From positions 434,001 to 498,000 of the forward strand of contig JBDOQK010000004.1 in assembly GCA_040437565.1 (NCBI GenBank): a DNA stretch of 64,000 nt, in the 5' to 3' direction. The notes beneath the pieces were generated by a model, which was given only the letters and a program-made list of their open reading frames with translations, made no database searches and was not told the origin of the DNA. The translations under genes and the position numbers were made by a program. Shown piece by piece: positions 25,901-37,750 of the stretch. Source of the stretch: Albugo candida. Lineage: Eukaryota. Within the stretch, counting starts at the first letter, position 1; each line of letters starts with the position of its first letter.

Positions 25901-26714
25901 GGACAGTCCTTCTAGACATGCGTATTGTCAAGCGATCGTCAATAATGTTGAAGCAACACCGACTACCACTTGCTGCTGAGAAACATTTCAATCTTCTATG
26001 ACCTGACCAAATTGTATTTACTACAGCTACTTCCTGTACGTCGAATTATTGATGTACATCGTATCACTGACTGATTATAAAAGAAACTAGACAACATTTT
26101 CTGCATCGTATCGTATAGAACACAAGAGGATACATAGTAATCGGTGATTCTCATGCGGACCTCATCAAAACGGCTTCATTGTGAGATCGCTCATGGTACA
26201 ACAAATAACGCTGCTGCACTTCATTGACATCGCAAATCTTATCTACTCCTATAATACAAGTAAATGACTCATACCACAAAACTCATCGCGTGGTTCACAT
26301 CAAGTAAAAATGCCATTTTCATGCTGCAGACTGACTCTGTTTGTTGAAAGCCGTTTTGTCGAAATACGTGCGAGTGAGCGAGTCCAGTGACTCGACGTAT
26401 GAATTCATCCTGACTGTCTGCAAAACGTATTTCAGTTACGGTGCATTGCATGATGTCTTAACATCAAATGTGATTATAATATAGTTTCCTTGAAGATAAG
26501 AAGCTACTCGTATCAACTATGGCGCCTATCATATGTTCTAACGCAAACTCTTAGAACATCAGCCTTTCCCTCCTAAAAGCACATGGAAAAGCCAATTTCA
26601 ATGCTCCATGGTCCAAACGCAGCGCTTTGGCTATCTTTGTAGTTTCTTACGTTATTCTAGGAAGTATCCACTTCAAGGCGCGAAAGATTCCGACACTTTT
26701 CTCAGCCTTCTTCC

Positions 26715-29700
26715 ATGGCTGCATCGTCGACAAGTTGCACAAGAAGATGCGTTTATGTGAATATAGTATCCGTAAAACACATCAAGCAATCAGTCAATGA
26801 CGTACGATATCCGTGGAAGCGAGGAACGCTTATTGCAGTAAACCGAAATACAGTCGAATTGGACACTGGACAAGTCGTGGATTGTATTCGTACTTCAGAT
26901 ATTGTTAACGCGAACGGAAAAGATCCGTCGGCGTGGGTACATTTGAACAACATCAACACACTGACGCATACGAACGAGCCTTGTATTGTGGCGTATTTGA
27001 AGGCTCGGTTCCTCCAAGATCAACTTTATTGCTATTCTGGAAAAGTTTTGATCGCTCTCAATCCATTCAAACAGATTCCAAATCTTTACAACATGACATG
27101 TTTCAAAGGTAGCGATGTTCCACATGTTTTTTCTATTGCTGAAGACGCATACAAGCAGATACAAACGATCCAATCCTCAATACATTCAAATGCCCCAAAA
27201 AGTCAAACAATTGTTGTTACAGGCGAAAGTGGATCTGGAAAGACGGAAACCACCAAATATATACTCATGTATCTTGCAAGCGCCTCTTTACAAGCCTCAA
27301 AGAAGTCTTCTTCTAATGGAACGGAGCGAGAAGAAAGAGCTCTTATCGCGAATCCAATTCTCGAAGCTTTTGGTAATGCCTGCACCTTGCGGAATGAAAA
27401 TAGCAGTCGATTTGGAAAGTTTATGCGACTTATTTTCCACAAAGATGGAAGAAATGTATGGAGATGGAAAGATTCCATCATGGAGACGTATTTGCTGGAA
27501 AAAGTGCGCGTGGTGCATCAAATGCCCGAAGAGCGCAATTTTCACATATTTTACGAGTTGCTGGCCGGAGTGTCGTGCGATACGCGCGAGGAGCTCCATC
27601 TCAATGGTTATCAGATAAGTGATTTTGCGTACATCAACCAGAGACAATTCTCATGTCGGAAGGATGGCGTTGATGACGCTTCTGAATTTGACCGGGTAAA
27701 GATTTCGATGGAAGCAATTGGTATGAAGGATCACGATCAATTGTGGATTTGGAGGATTCTATCTAGTATTCTTCATCTTGGAAATATTCAGTTTCGTGAA
27801 AACGATGAGAACGAAATGACAACAGGATCAAATGATCAATCTCGGTGTAATGTGCTTTTCTCCAAAAAATGTCATTTAGAAGCTGCAAGCTCATTGCTAT
27901 CGATCGATACGGAAGATGTGCTGACGTTGCTTACTACTCGATCATTCAGCGCTGCAGGAGAGGTCTACCATGTCTACAATACCACAAAGCAATGCACAGA
28001 CGCTCGAGACTGCGCGGCTCGTGCTCTGTATGGACTCGTTTTCGAGCATCTGATAACAAAAATAAATGTATTCCAAGGATCTCACATGCTTCATCCCAAA
28101 GACTCGACGTTTATCGGTGTACTGGATATCTTTGGTTTTGAAGTGTTTGACAGCAATCATTTCGAGCAATTTTGTATCAATTATGCCAACGAAAAGCTTC
28201 AGTATATCTTTCTGAGAGATGTGTTGCTCCAGGAGCAAACTGTGCACTTGGAAGAAGGCGTTGGATGGAATCATGTAGCTGTAGCTGACAATTCTCTGTG
28301 TATATCGCTGATTGAAGATCGACCGATTGGCATTTTCAGTATTTTGGATGAAGAATGTCTTATACCAAAGGGTAGTGATGCTTCCTTTGCTCGAAAAATG
28401 TATACACAACATGGACAGCACAATCACTTTGAGGTTTCCCGCAAAGATGAAGCCGATACAGCCTTCACTATCAAGCACTATGCTGGCAACGTTCGATACC
28501 AAGCTGTCGGATTTTGTGAGAAAAACAAAGATACGTCGGACGAACGACTTGTTGAGGCATTAGCTGGATCGAAAAATCTTCATGTTGCCGCTGTTGCGAG
28601 ACAAAGTGTATCTCAGAAAACATCAGAGTGTCGTTCTGATGGAATTCGACGTCGTACCTCGTTCATTGGAAGCTCTGGAATTGGATCAAAATTTCGCCAG
28701 CAGCTCAAATCACTCTTGAATACTTTCAATGACACCACGCGACACTTTATCCGATGTATCAAGCCCAATTGTCATAACGAAAAAGATTTTTTTGATGAGT
28801 GTAAAGTAGCGAGTCAGCTTTGTCATGGTGGCATCCTTCAGGCTTCTCAAGTGTCAAGACAATCGTATCCCGTACGGATGCTGCATCAAGATTTTCTCAG
28901 TCGGTACTGGATGCTTCAACGTCAGGATTCTGACAAAAGTACAGCCGGTACGCCAATCAAGCTTCAAGCCGAAATATACTCACAGTCGATGATTCAGCTC
29001 TTCAAAGACTATTCATCTAAAAGTAGTTCTAATTGGCCGGGTAGGCTGCTAGAAGTGGGTAGAACTCGAGTCTTCATGCACCAATTGCTGTATGATTACC
29101 TGGAGGAAGCTCGCAGTCGAATCTCACAAAAGTCTGCCACCTGCATTCAGTGTAACTGGAAGCGATATAGCCACCAAAACGCTTACAAAATCAAGTACTC
29201 GTCTGTACTGAAAGCTCAACGATGGTGTAGAGCACAGCTGAGGCGTATTCGAGGAAGAAAGGAATCTTGCACGTTGAAAAGTCATCAGGCCGCATACGCT
29301 GTTAAAACTTGCCTTCAACGACTTCAAAGCACTTGTAGCACCGATTATGAGACTCAATCTGCGGCATCAACACAAGGGACACCCGGTCTCGATCAGTATC
29401 GAAGCAGCACATATTCTGCCACCTTTTGGTCCGAACCAGAAGATGATTCCACGTCTAGTGCTCAGATGTTGCAAGAGTACCAGATTCAGTTGAAAGAATG
29501 GCAAGCCCGTGCATTATCAGCTGAAATCGAGCTCGATAAAATCCGACAATCCAAACGCACAATCTCATCCGTTCCCCAGTGCCCAAACAATTTCAAACAG
29601 GAAGTCTGTATTTCGGATATACGCGGGAGCCTGCGAACTGCCATCATAAACAACCAAATTCACAAAGTGATTGCTCTTCTCACAAACAACGACATGGCTC

Positions 29701-30456
29701 AAATTTTGGCAGAATTAGACGCTGATTCTGGCTGCACGTTATTGCACCTGGTAGTCCAATACGGTCGAAAAAGCATACTCGGTCTTTTTTTCGGTCCGGA
29801 TTTGCTTCCATATCTGGACATTAATGCGGCTGATTTCAATGGAAATACGCCACTTCATTACGCTGCTCGTCTCTCAGATACCGCGATCGCGTCGTACATG
29901 ATGCAATTGTTGCTCAATTTTGACGCAGATGCAAAGCTGTCCAATAATTTAGGCCAATCTGCTCTCCACGTTTCGATGATGTTTCGTGGGAAGGAAGGTT
30001 CTCCACTGCGCGCATTTTCGCTGTCTCAAATGCTGTTACGGTATTCCCACACTGTAAATCAATTGGACTGCCGAATGCGAACGGCTTTACATTATGCGGC
30101 AGAAAACGGTAAGATTTCGCGCTGTATGCGTTTATACCTCGTTAGTAAAAGTTTTTGTAGGGTATGTACAAGCATGTGTGTGGCTTGTTCGTCACGGATG
30201 GGATGTCAATGCAACTGACTCGACAGGAATGCGTGTCATTACCCTTCCTCTTGCCGTCAAACTTATTCCTCACTTGATGAGCAGACCAAGCTTTATACCG
30301 AATGAAAAGATACACGCATGTATGATCTGTGTGAGAAGCTTTGATATTGTATGGTGGCGGTATCGTTGCGATCGCTGTGGTCGAATTTGTTGCGCGGAAT
30401 GCGCGCAGATTGAAGTTGAAGTTCGCATATGTTTGGATTGCAGATATTATGTGTGA
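26715..30456 (+). CDS. Myosin heavy chain: motor + IQ + ankyrin repeats + C-terminal FYVE-like finger (intron 30109-30160)
   Basis: GESGSGKT, NENSSRFGK, DIFGFE; IQCNWKRY; GNTPLHYAA and RTALHYAAENG; CMIC..CDRCGRICCAEC..CLDC in exon 2. Confidence 0.93.
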
Positions 30457-30495
30457 AACGTAAGATAAGGATATGTCAGAAGGTAGTGATTACAG

Positions 30496-30525
30496 CCAAT
30501 CAGAAAGAATCGCTATTCTGATTGG
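30496..30525. promoter_or_regulatory. Inverted pair of CCAAT boxes upstream of the ArfGAP gene
   Basis: CCAATCAGAA-N10-TTCTGATTGG, a perfect 10-bp inverted repeat. Confidence 0.5.
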
Positions 30526-30661
30526 ATATGAAGAAATCGCGCATTTATTCGGTGGAATTAATATAAATAGGAAGAGATTGATCGCGTCGCTACGTGTGTT
30601 TTGATCTATAAATTGACATTCTGATTGCTTGAGTGTGTAGTATTTGGTCTCAAGAAGCTAT

Positions 30662-32926
30662 ATGGAACTTCGAAATGAAGAGCTTCATCGTTTACTGAAG
30701 AAAAAAGATGAGATGATTTTGGATCTGCAAAGTCGATTGAGAGCGTATGAAGACCGATTTGGACCGCTATCAGACACGATAGAGGCTTCAAAAGACGGAG
30801 AAATCAAATATGAGAACACCTTTGACATAAAGTTTAAAGCAGACTCTGTGCAAAGCGCTATTAACGCCAATTCAATTTTAAATACGCTTACTGCTATGAA
30901 CGTATCGGAAAAATCTCCCATCCGAACAGGTCACAACATAATTATCGATTACAGCGACGATTCTCCCAATTTTCGCCGTCAATTGGAAGGATTAGAGCTT
31001 TCAATCAACGGATTGCGGACTTTACTCAAAGAAATCGGCTCAAGCGCAAAAGAATATGTGGCCATGGGACTCCGATTTGGTGAGTCAGAGGCTGCCATCG
31101 CGAACGAAATCACAAACCGTAAACATTCCCGTGCGATTTTCACGACTTGTTATCCGGAATTCGGCACACTTTCATCCATTTTTAATGAATTCCATGAGAT
31201 CGTAACTCAAATGCACAGTTCACGAGTCAGTTTGCTATTTAGTATCGAGTCTCTACTTTTACACGCCACTGAAGAATTTGGTGAGAAAGAGTTTAGAGAC
31301 ATTACAGATCTCCGGAAAGAAATGCTGCGACTTGGAGATGAATACGAAAGTCTTTTAGGCAAATTTCTAAGCAAATCTCGCCCAGGAAATAGCAATAATA
31401 CGAACGACACGGGCACTTTGAATCCAATGACATATGTCGATACAGAGCACTCGTTTCCACTTGGTCCTCCATCTCTGCTCATTCACACAAACAGTCTATC
31501 GAATGCTATCGGCGATCGTTTCCCTACAACACCAAGCAACCTGAAATCACTCGAGAAAGACGTATGTCAAGCTCGAATGCGCTTTGAATTGTCTCGCTTC
31601 GATTTAGTTTGGTATTTGAACCGCATGGAATCACAAAAGAAACTCTTTCTGATGGAAGTGTTCAATTCGTCTTTATACGCTTTCTTTGGACACATTCGAG
31701 CGTGTCACGAATTCATTCAATCGCAAGAGCCAAAGGTTCGTCGACGCCAAGAAATGCTTCAGACTGCAAAGGAGAAATTCGCTCAGGACGATACGATGTG
31801 GCTCGAACAACGAGAAAAACTCGAGTCTCAACTCCGAAGCGATTGCAATGAGCCTCGTTTTGAGGATCCAAGGACGCGTGTATCTCCTTCCACGAGCAAT
31901 TCTGTCGCAATCACAGACACCTCATCAATTTGGGTCCGTGGACTTCGTCCATCTGTCCAAGTTTTATCGAGTCAAACGATGGAGAATCAAGATGGAAATA
32001 GAGGCCATGCAAGTGTACAGCAAGGCTATCTCTTTATCCGCACGTCGTCTTTCCCGGTTCGAAGTTGGAAGCGCAAATGGTTTGAAATTCATGGGGGGAA
32101 ATTGTATCAGAGTCGTGGTTCCCACATGGATTTCGTGCTTGTGTGTGATCTCATGCTGTCTAAAGTACGAGAATGTTGCAATGCTCAGCTTCCATTCTGT
32201 CTCGAAGTGCTGGATGCGAACCAGAATAAAACCGTTCTTCAGGCGACCAGCGAGTTTGAGATGATGGAATGGATCCAAGCAGCTCAGCGTATCACCGAAA
32301 GCATGCTTGAGAAGCAAAGTCATCGCATGAAAGTGCATCCCGAGCAACAGCAGTACGTCCTAGACATATTGATACAAAATGCCAGCTGTGCAGATTGTGG
32401 CCATACCACAGCCGATTGGGTCTCCATCAATCTCGGCGTCTTACTGTGCATCGAATGCTCGGGAATTCATCGCAGTTTGGGTGTTCACATTTCAAAAATT
32501 CGCTCTTTGACACTGGATTCTTGGGAACTTGCGCTTCTTCAGCTCTTACGAAATCATTTGGGCAATACTGTGATCAATTCCGTGTTGGAAGCGGTGATTC
32601 CTCCGGGGTGGACGAAACCTCTTCCATTGATTTCGTCACGCGAAGAAAAAACAAAATGGATTCACGCAAAGTATTTATTTCGCGCATTTATTGACAGAGA
32701 CACGAAAGCCGATACCATTCAAATCGATTTCTTGCAAGCCGCGAGAAATGGCGATATCAACGGACTGATCCGAGGCTTGGCATATGGCGTCGATATCAAT
32801 GTGTGCGATGAAGAAAAGCAGACAGCTTTGCAGCTGAGTGCGCAGAAGAATGCGACGTGGTGTTGCGAGTATCTTCTTCTCAATGGAGCGAGTCCCACGA
32901 AAGCTGCTTCCGACACAAATGCGTGA
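30662..32926 (+). CDS. ACAP/centaurin-beta-like Arf GAP (BAR-PH-ArfGAP-ANK)
   Basis: [10 protein letters not shown] (BAR); QGYLF..WKRKWF (PH); [39 protein letters not shown] (ArfGAP); ankyrin tail. Confidence 0.93.
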   Translation: MELRNEELHRLLKKKDEMILDLQSRLRAYEDRFGPLSDTIEASKDGEIKYENTFDIKFKADSVQSAINANSILNTLTAMNVSEKSPIRTGHNIIIDYSDDSPNFRRQLEGLELSINGLRTLLKEIGSSAKEYVAMGLRFGESEAAIANEITNRKHSRAIFTTCYPEFGTLSSIFNEFHEIVTQMHSSRVSLLFSIESLLLHATEEFGEKEFRDITDLRKEMLRLGDEYESLLGKFLSKSRPGNSNNTNDTGTLNPMTYVDTEHSFPLGPPSLLIHTNSLSNAIGDRFPTTPSNLKSLEKDVCQARMRFELSRFDLVWYLNRMESQKKLFLMEVFNSSLYAFFGHIRACHEFIQSQEPKVRRRQEMLQTAKEKFAQDDTMWLEQREKLESQLRSDCNEPRFEDPRTRVSPSTSNSVAITDTSSIWVRGLRPSVQVLSSQTMENQDGNRGHASVQQGYLFIRTSSFPVRSWKRKWFEIHGGKLYQSRGSHMDFVLVCDLMLSKVRECCNAQLPFCLEVLDANQNKTVLQATSEFEMMEWIQAAQRITESMLEKQSHRMKVHPEQQQYVLDILIQNASCADCGHTTADWVSINLGVLLCIECSGIHRSLGVHISKIRSLTLDSWELALLQLLRNHLGNTVINSVLEAVIPPGWTKPLPLISSREEKTKWIHAKYLFRAFIDRDTKADTIQIDFLQAARNGDINGLIRGLAYGVDINVCDEEKQTALQLSAQKNATWCCEYLLLNGASPTKAASDTNA

Positions 32927-32929
32927 GTC

Positions 32930-35900
32930 TTATCGCATCTGCAATTGCGAGTCTTCCTGGTATGTAAAGTCTTCAAAATGATGCTCGCTGCTTTTTGAAT
33001 TCACAGGCGAATCGACAGCAGCCATATTTTGAAACATTTCCGGCACATTTGTGATATCATCGACGCCCGAAACATTGGGAACAAATGTCGGTTTGTATTC
33101 TTTTCGAAAAAGTTTATCCCAATCAATCGAATCGAAAAACGCATGCTTCATAATATTTTGTCCTCCTTCGGGGCCGGAGCCAAGTCTTTTGGAAGGATCT
33201 CTTTCCAGCAGTTTGGAGATCAACGATCGAGCAATTGGAGAAATATACGATGGATAAATGACTTCGGATTGCATGATATTCTTGAACATTTGTCTTCGAT
33301 TACGATCCACGAATGGAGTTCTTCCCGTAAGCATTTCATACAAAAGAATGCCAAAACTCCACCAATCGACCACTTTACCGTACGGTTGATGACGCAATAG
33401 CTCAGGTGCCATATATTCGGCGGTCCCACAAATTGTTTTCATCCCAGTGTTTGCTTGGGAAGTACGAATTGCACCATTTAACAATTGTCCTTCCTTTGAA
33501 AGCCCAAAGTCCGTCAACGCGACATTTCCGAGGGAATCCATGAGAATATTTTCCAACTTCAAGTCGCGATACGCGATCTGCTTCTCGTGGAGATGCATCA
33601 GTGCTGTCAGTAATTGAGCAATATAAAGCCTCGTTCGTTCTTCAGAGAATCGTTTCGACTTTTTCAAATGATAAAACATCGACCCGCCGGGATAATAATC
33701 GATGATAAGATACAATTTGTCTCGATTCTGGAACGCGTATCGCAAGCGAACAATGTACGGATGATCGATCACTTTGAGGATATGCTGCTCCGCTTTTGTG
33801 TTTTCAATCTGATCGTTTTTGACGATATGCGCCTTGACGAGGATCTTCATCGCGTAGATCTGTCCTGTATTCTTCCCTTCCTTCTTACGCACCAGCAAGA
33901 CTTTACCAAAGGCTCCACGTCCAACGACTTTGAGAAGATCAAAATCCTCGATTCCCAATGGTTTTTGATCGAGTGATTTTGCCATCTCACGTTGACGCAT
34001 GGCTTCCATTTTCTCAGCGGCAGCCTTTAATTTGGCATTATGTGGACTCTCTTCGTTAGCCGAGTTGGTTTCGATTCGGGATAGCGTGCGCTTGCCAACA
34101 AACGTTGTGTTTTTGCCCATGCGTGGAAGTTTGGTATGAAGCATCATCTGAAGATCACAACAGCCTCCACACACTCGTTTGGCTTCACTGAATCCGGGCA
34201 GGAATAATCGATCGGAACAGGACGCACACACAATTCGGAGACACATTCGACAGTATTTTTTACGCACGAATACAAAAGTTGCTTGACACAAGTAACAGCC
34301 TTGACTTTTCAGATCACCAGAATGCTTACTTGCCAATTCAGAATGAAGCGGATCTCGACTTGAGGAATTTCCGTCTTTGATAGAGAATGTTCCAGCGATC
34401 ATCGTACTGGCGAATGGATTGCCCGCACTCGCTTGAGCGCCTGATTTTGCAGATCGAATAAACGTCTCAGATCGTGCGACAAAGGTATCTCGGACCCATT
34501 CGACGGTCAATTCGACTTCTCCATGTCCCCGTACGCGTGGATCTCGCTCATCTCGAAGCGTGTGCCACCGTCGATCTGTTCGATTCAAGCCAATTTCACT
34601 TACTGGTAAGACGACTTGGCCCAAGCTCGTACTTGTCATTGGAATCAGCTTATCTTTATCTCGGACCGTGATCGTCACAATCTCATCCGATTTTGTGACC
34701 GGAAATGAGAACGTTTGATTCCATTCTGGGTCCATAGTATGTCTGTGATTCCCGGGTGTTTCCTTCTTTTGTCCAACACATTGAACGACGGCGAATGGAT
34801 TGTTGTACGGTTGACCTGTTAAACGAGCTCGATTGATTGTTATGACCAATTTATTTGGAAATGTGGCTCGGATAGCATCGATCGCTTCCTTCAATCCCAT
34901 TGCAAGCGATTGCAGGAACACGAACGCGGATGTCTGAACGGAATGGATGGTCCATTCACAAGCATTTATATCGCCAGTTGGCTGCCCAATAGATAGTGTC
35001 GTGCAGCCTAATCGATCTCGACATTTTGGAATCTCTGTGAACGTCGGAGCTTTNNNNNNNNNNNNNNNNNNNNNNNNNNNNNNNNNNNNNNNNNNNNNNN
35101 NNNNNNNNNNNNNNNNNNNNNNNNNNNNNNNNNNNNNNNNNNNNNNNNNNNNNTTGCAGGAACACGAACGCGGATGTCTGAACGGAATGGATGGTCCATT
35201 CACAAGCATTTATATCGCCAGTTGGCTGCCCAATAGATAGTGTCGTGCAGCCTAATCGATCTCGACATTTTGGAATCTCTGTGAACGTCGGAGCTTTTGA
35301 TGCTTGGAAATTGACACATTTTGTCTTAAGTATACGTCGCACACGCTCCGAGTCGTTCGATTTCAACTCATCTGAAAATCCAATAAACGCGATTCCGCAA
35401 AGCCTCTTTTCATCCTGCGACCTCAATGTACCCAACAACGCTTTAACGAGTGATCCTGCTTCCTCGAGCGCAATAACACTGATCTCAGAGGCCGCATTCG
35501 GTACAACATGCTGTTTCCATACATGTAAAACATGCTCTTCCGGCGTGGAAGAATGGAGGATTTTGGCTCGATGGCCATGCACAATAGCGATATTCGTGTT
35601 GGGATTCGTAATGATGATCCCATACCCGCTCTGGATAGCTGTCTTGAGGTACGGGAGCATAGAGCCCTGAAACCCGAATTTTGGATGGATCGTTGTGCTC
35701 CAAATTCCTGGCTGTAAATCGGCTCCAACTTGCACGAAAATACAGATTTTAGAACAAGTCGCGTAATTGTGAGAGACAAAAATGTTGCATTTCGCTTCCG
35801 CTTTGGAATTTGGGATAAATATCTCACGCAGTAGTAAATCGTTTTTCAGTTTGCATTGTATTTGAGCGATCACACAATGTAACAGCTCTTCCATTTCATT

Positions 35901-36003
35901 TTCTGTGTGCGATAAAGCTGTTCTTCCTACGAGTGAGTATGTCCTCAGAATATGACGTTACTCCTTTTGTGGTGAGCGTACCTCCTGAACTGATTTTCCG
36001 CAT
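32930..36003 (-). CDS. Arb2/FAM172-like + C2 + FYVE-like + AGC (SGK/Akt/S6K-like) Ser/Thr kinase, one ORF after collapsing the gap overlap; exact start uncertain
   Basis: Kinase GRGAFGKV, YRDLKLEN, DFG, CGTAEYMAPE and hydrophobic motif FEDFTY; C2 DPEWNQTFSF; FAM172-like PGIWS, GSMLPYL, GYGIIITNPN and STPEEHVLHVW. 34910-35053 = 35154-35297. Confidence 0.88.
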
Positions 36004-36206
36004 GACAGTGTGCCCGGACACGTATGCCCTTCTTTCGATATACTGATACTATATATCAGTAGGGCATCCATCGTGCATTTGTCTCGTTTTTACACCGCTC
36101 AACATGAATCAATTAAATGTAGCGAATTCGCCTGAGGGCATGTTCACTCAAGTTCGAGGAGGAGAGTCCAATGACTCAATGAGAGAGAGCATCCGACACG
36201 CGAATT

Positions 36207-37610
36207 TTAGACAGAATGAAAATCAATTAATAAATGACGCTTCTCTAACGTGTGTTGTGTGTATGTGACCTGTTGATGACAATGTATGAATTCCAATTCG
36301 CATGTCGGCACAATTCCTTTACCTTTGCCATATCGAATAGTGTTCGCGATGCTACGAATTTCCAGCTGCAGAAAATGTGTCAGAGCGTATGCCAAAGAGA
36401 CTGACAAACGTACTCGTTGTGATATTTGTCTGAGTAATAGACAATATGCCGAATGCCGCTCTATCTCATTGCATATGAGTGTCCATTTGTCTCAAGTGAG
36501 TATCTCTACCTGAATGATCAATTTGGCGCATTCGTTGCATGGGAATAATGCCACATAGATCTACAACAGAGGAGTTAATCACATCGAAGACATAGTGTGC
36601 GCTTACTGTGCATCCCTGAACATCCGCCGAGTTTTTGTTCAGAATTGCATTCATNNNNNNNNNNNNNNNNNNNNNNNNNNNNNNNNNNNNNNNNNNNNNN
36701 NNNNNNNNNNNNNNNNNNNNNNNNNNNNNNNNNNNNNNNNNNNNNNNNNNNNNNATGAGTGTCCATTTGTCTCAAGTGAGTATCTCTACCTGAATGATCA
36801 ATTTGGCGCATTCGTTGCATGGGAATAATGCCACATAGATCTACAACAGAGGAGTTAATCACATCGAAGACATAGTGTGCGCTTACTGTGCATCCCTGAA
36901 CATCCGCCGAGTTTTTGTTCAGAATTGCATTCATTTCTGCGTGACAGACGTACTACACAATGTGAGTATGCTCATCAATAAGATTCTCTCATTTCGTACC
37001 GGATACTTTGTCGCTAAAATATCGCCTCTACTCGTCTGTCGCGCCCAAGGCAAATCGTCATCGTCACATCCATTGGGAAAGCCATTGTATCCGATGCCAA
37101 CAATCTTTTTCTCTGGATTCACGATACTAAACATCACACAGCATTCAGTCGATGTCAATTGTTCTGATCAATGTATACCACGCGCCAACTTGTGTCGATG
37201 GATCTAAAAACGATCAGGATCAGCCATCATAACCAACAGAGTGCATACAGACCTTTGGAGCGCATAGCGGAAAGGAATGCCACACTCATGAAATAATCAT
37301 TCCAAGTCAAATAACTCTCTCGTTTGGTCGATTGCGTGCTCGGACAACTTCCATTTCCCACAGATAATTTCTCCGAGTCGTTAACAAATGAGGCCGGGCC
37401 GCTGAGCCACTCCATATGGTCGCTCAAGACATGTTCGACCAATTTATCATTTGTTTCGTCCTCAACAGATTGCGTTTTTATCTGACCACATCGACATCTA
37501 TACATCTCCACATGCGAATTGAGAACCACTTGAGTCACATTGATCTTTTCAAAAAATAATCGCTTTATATCGGTCGCATTGAGTGGATCCAATGCATTTG
37601 ATATTGACAT
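36207..37610 (-). CDS. DCTD: dCMP deaminase with N-terminal BED-like zinc finger (about 8 exons)
   Basis: Spliced motifs [62 protein letters not shown]. 36475-36654 is artefactually duplicated. Confidence 0.92.
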
Positions 37611-37750
37611 GGTCTGTTTTATACGCAATGCAACCCGATCGACTACTAATTATCAGTATATTATTGTCATTCTACCGAAAACTTGACCCCAAAATGGACG
37701 AGTTGCGTCTTATGTTCTTACATCACTGAAAAATCAAACAATCAAAGAAT

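Noticed and set aside
27115-34671. Antisense and alternate-frame ORFs over the myosin, ArfGAP and kinase genes
   Set aside because: Shadow ORFs of real genes with no independent signal.
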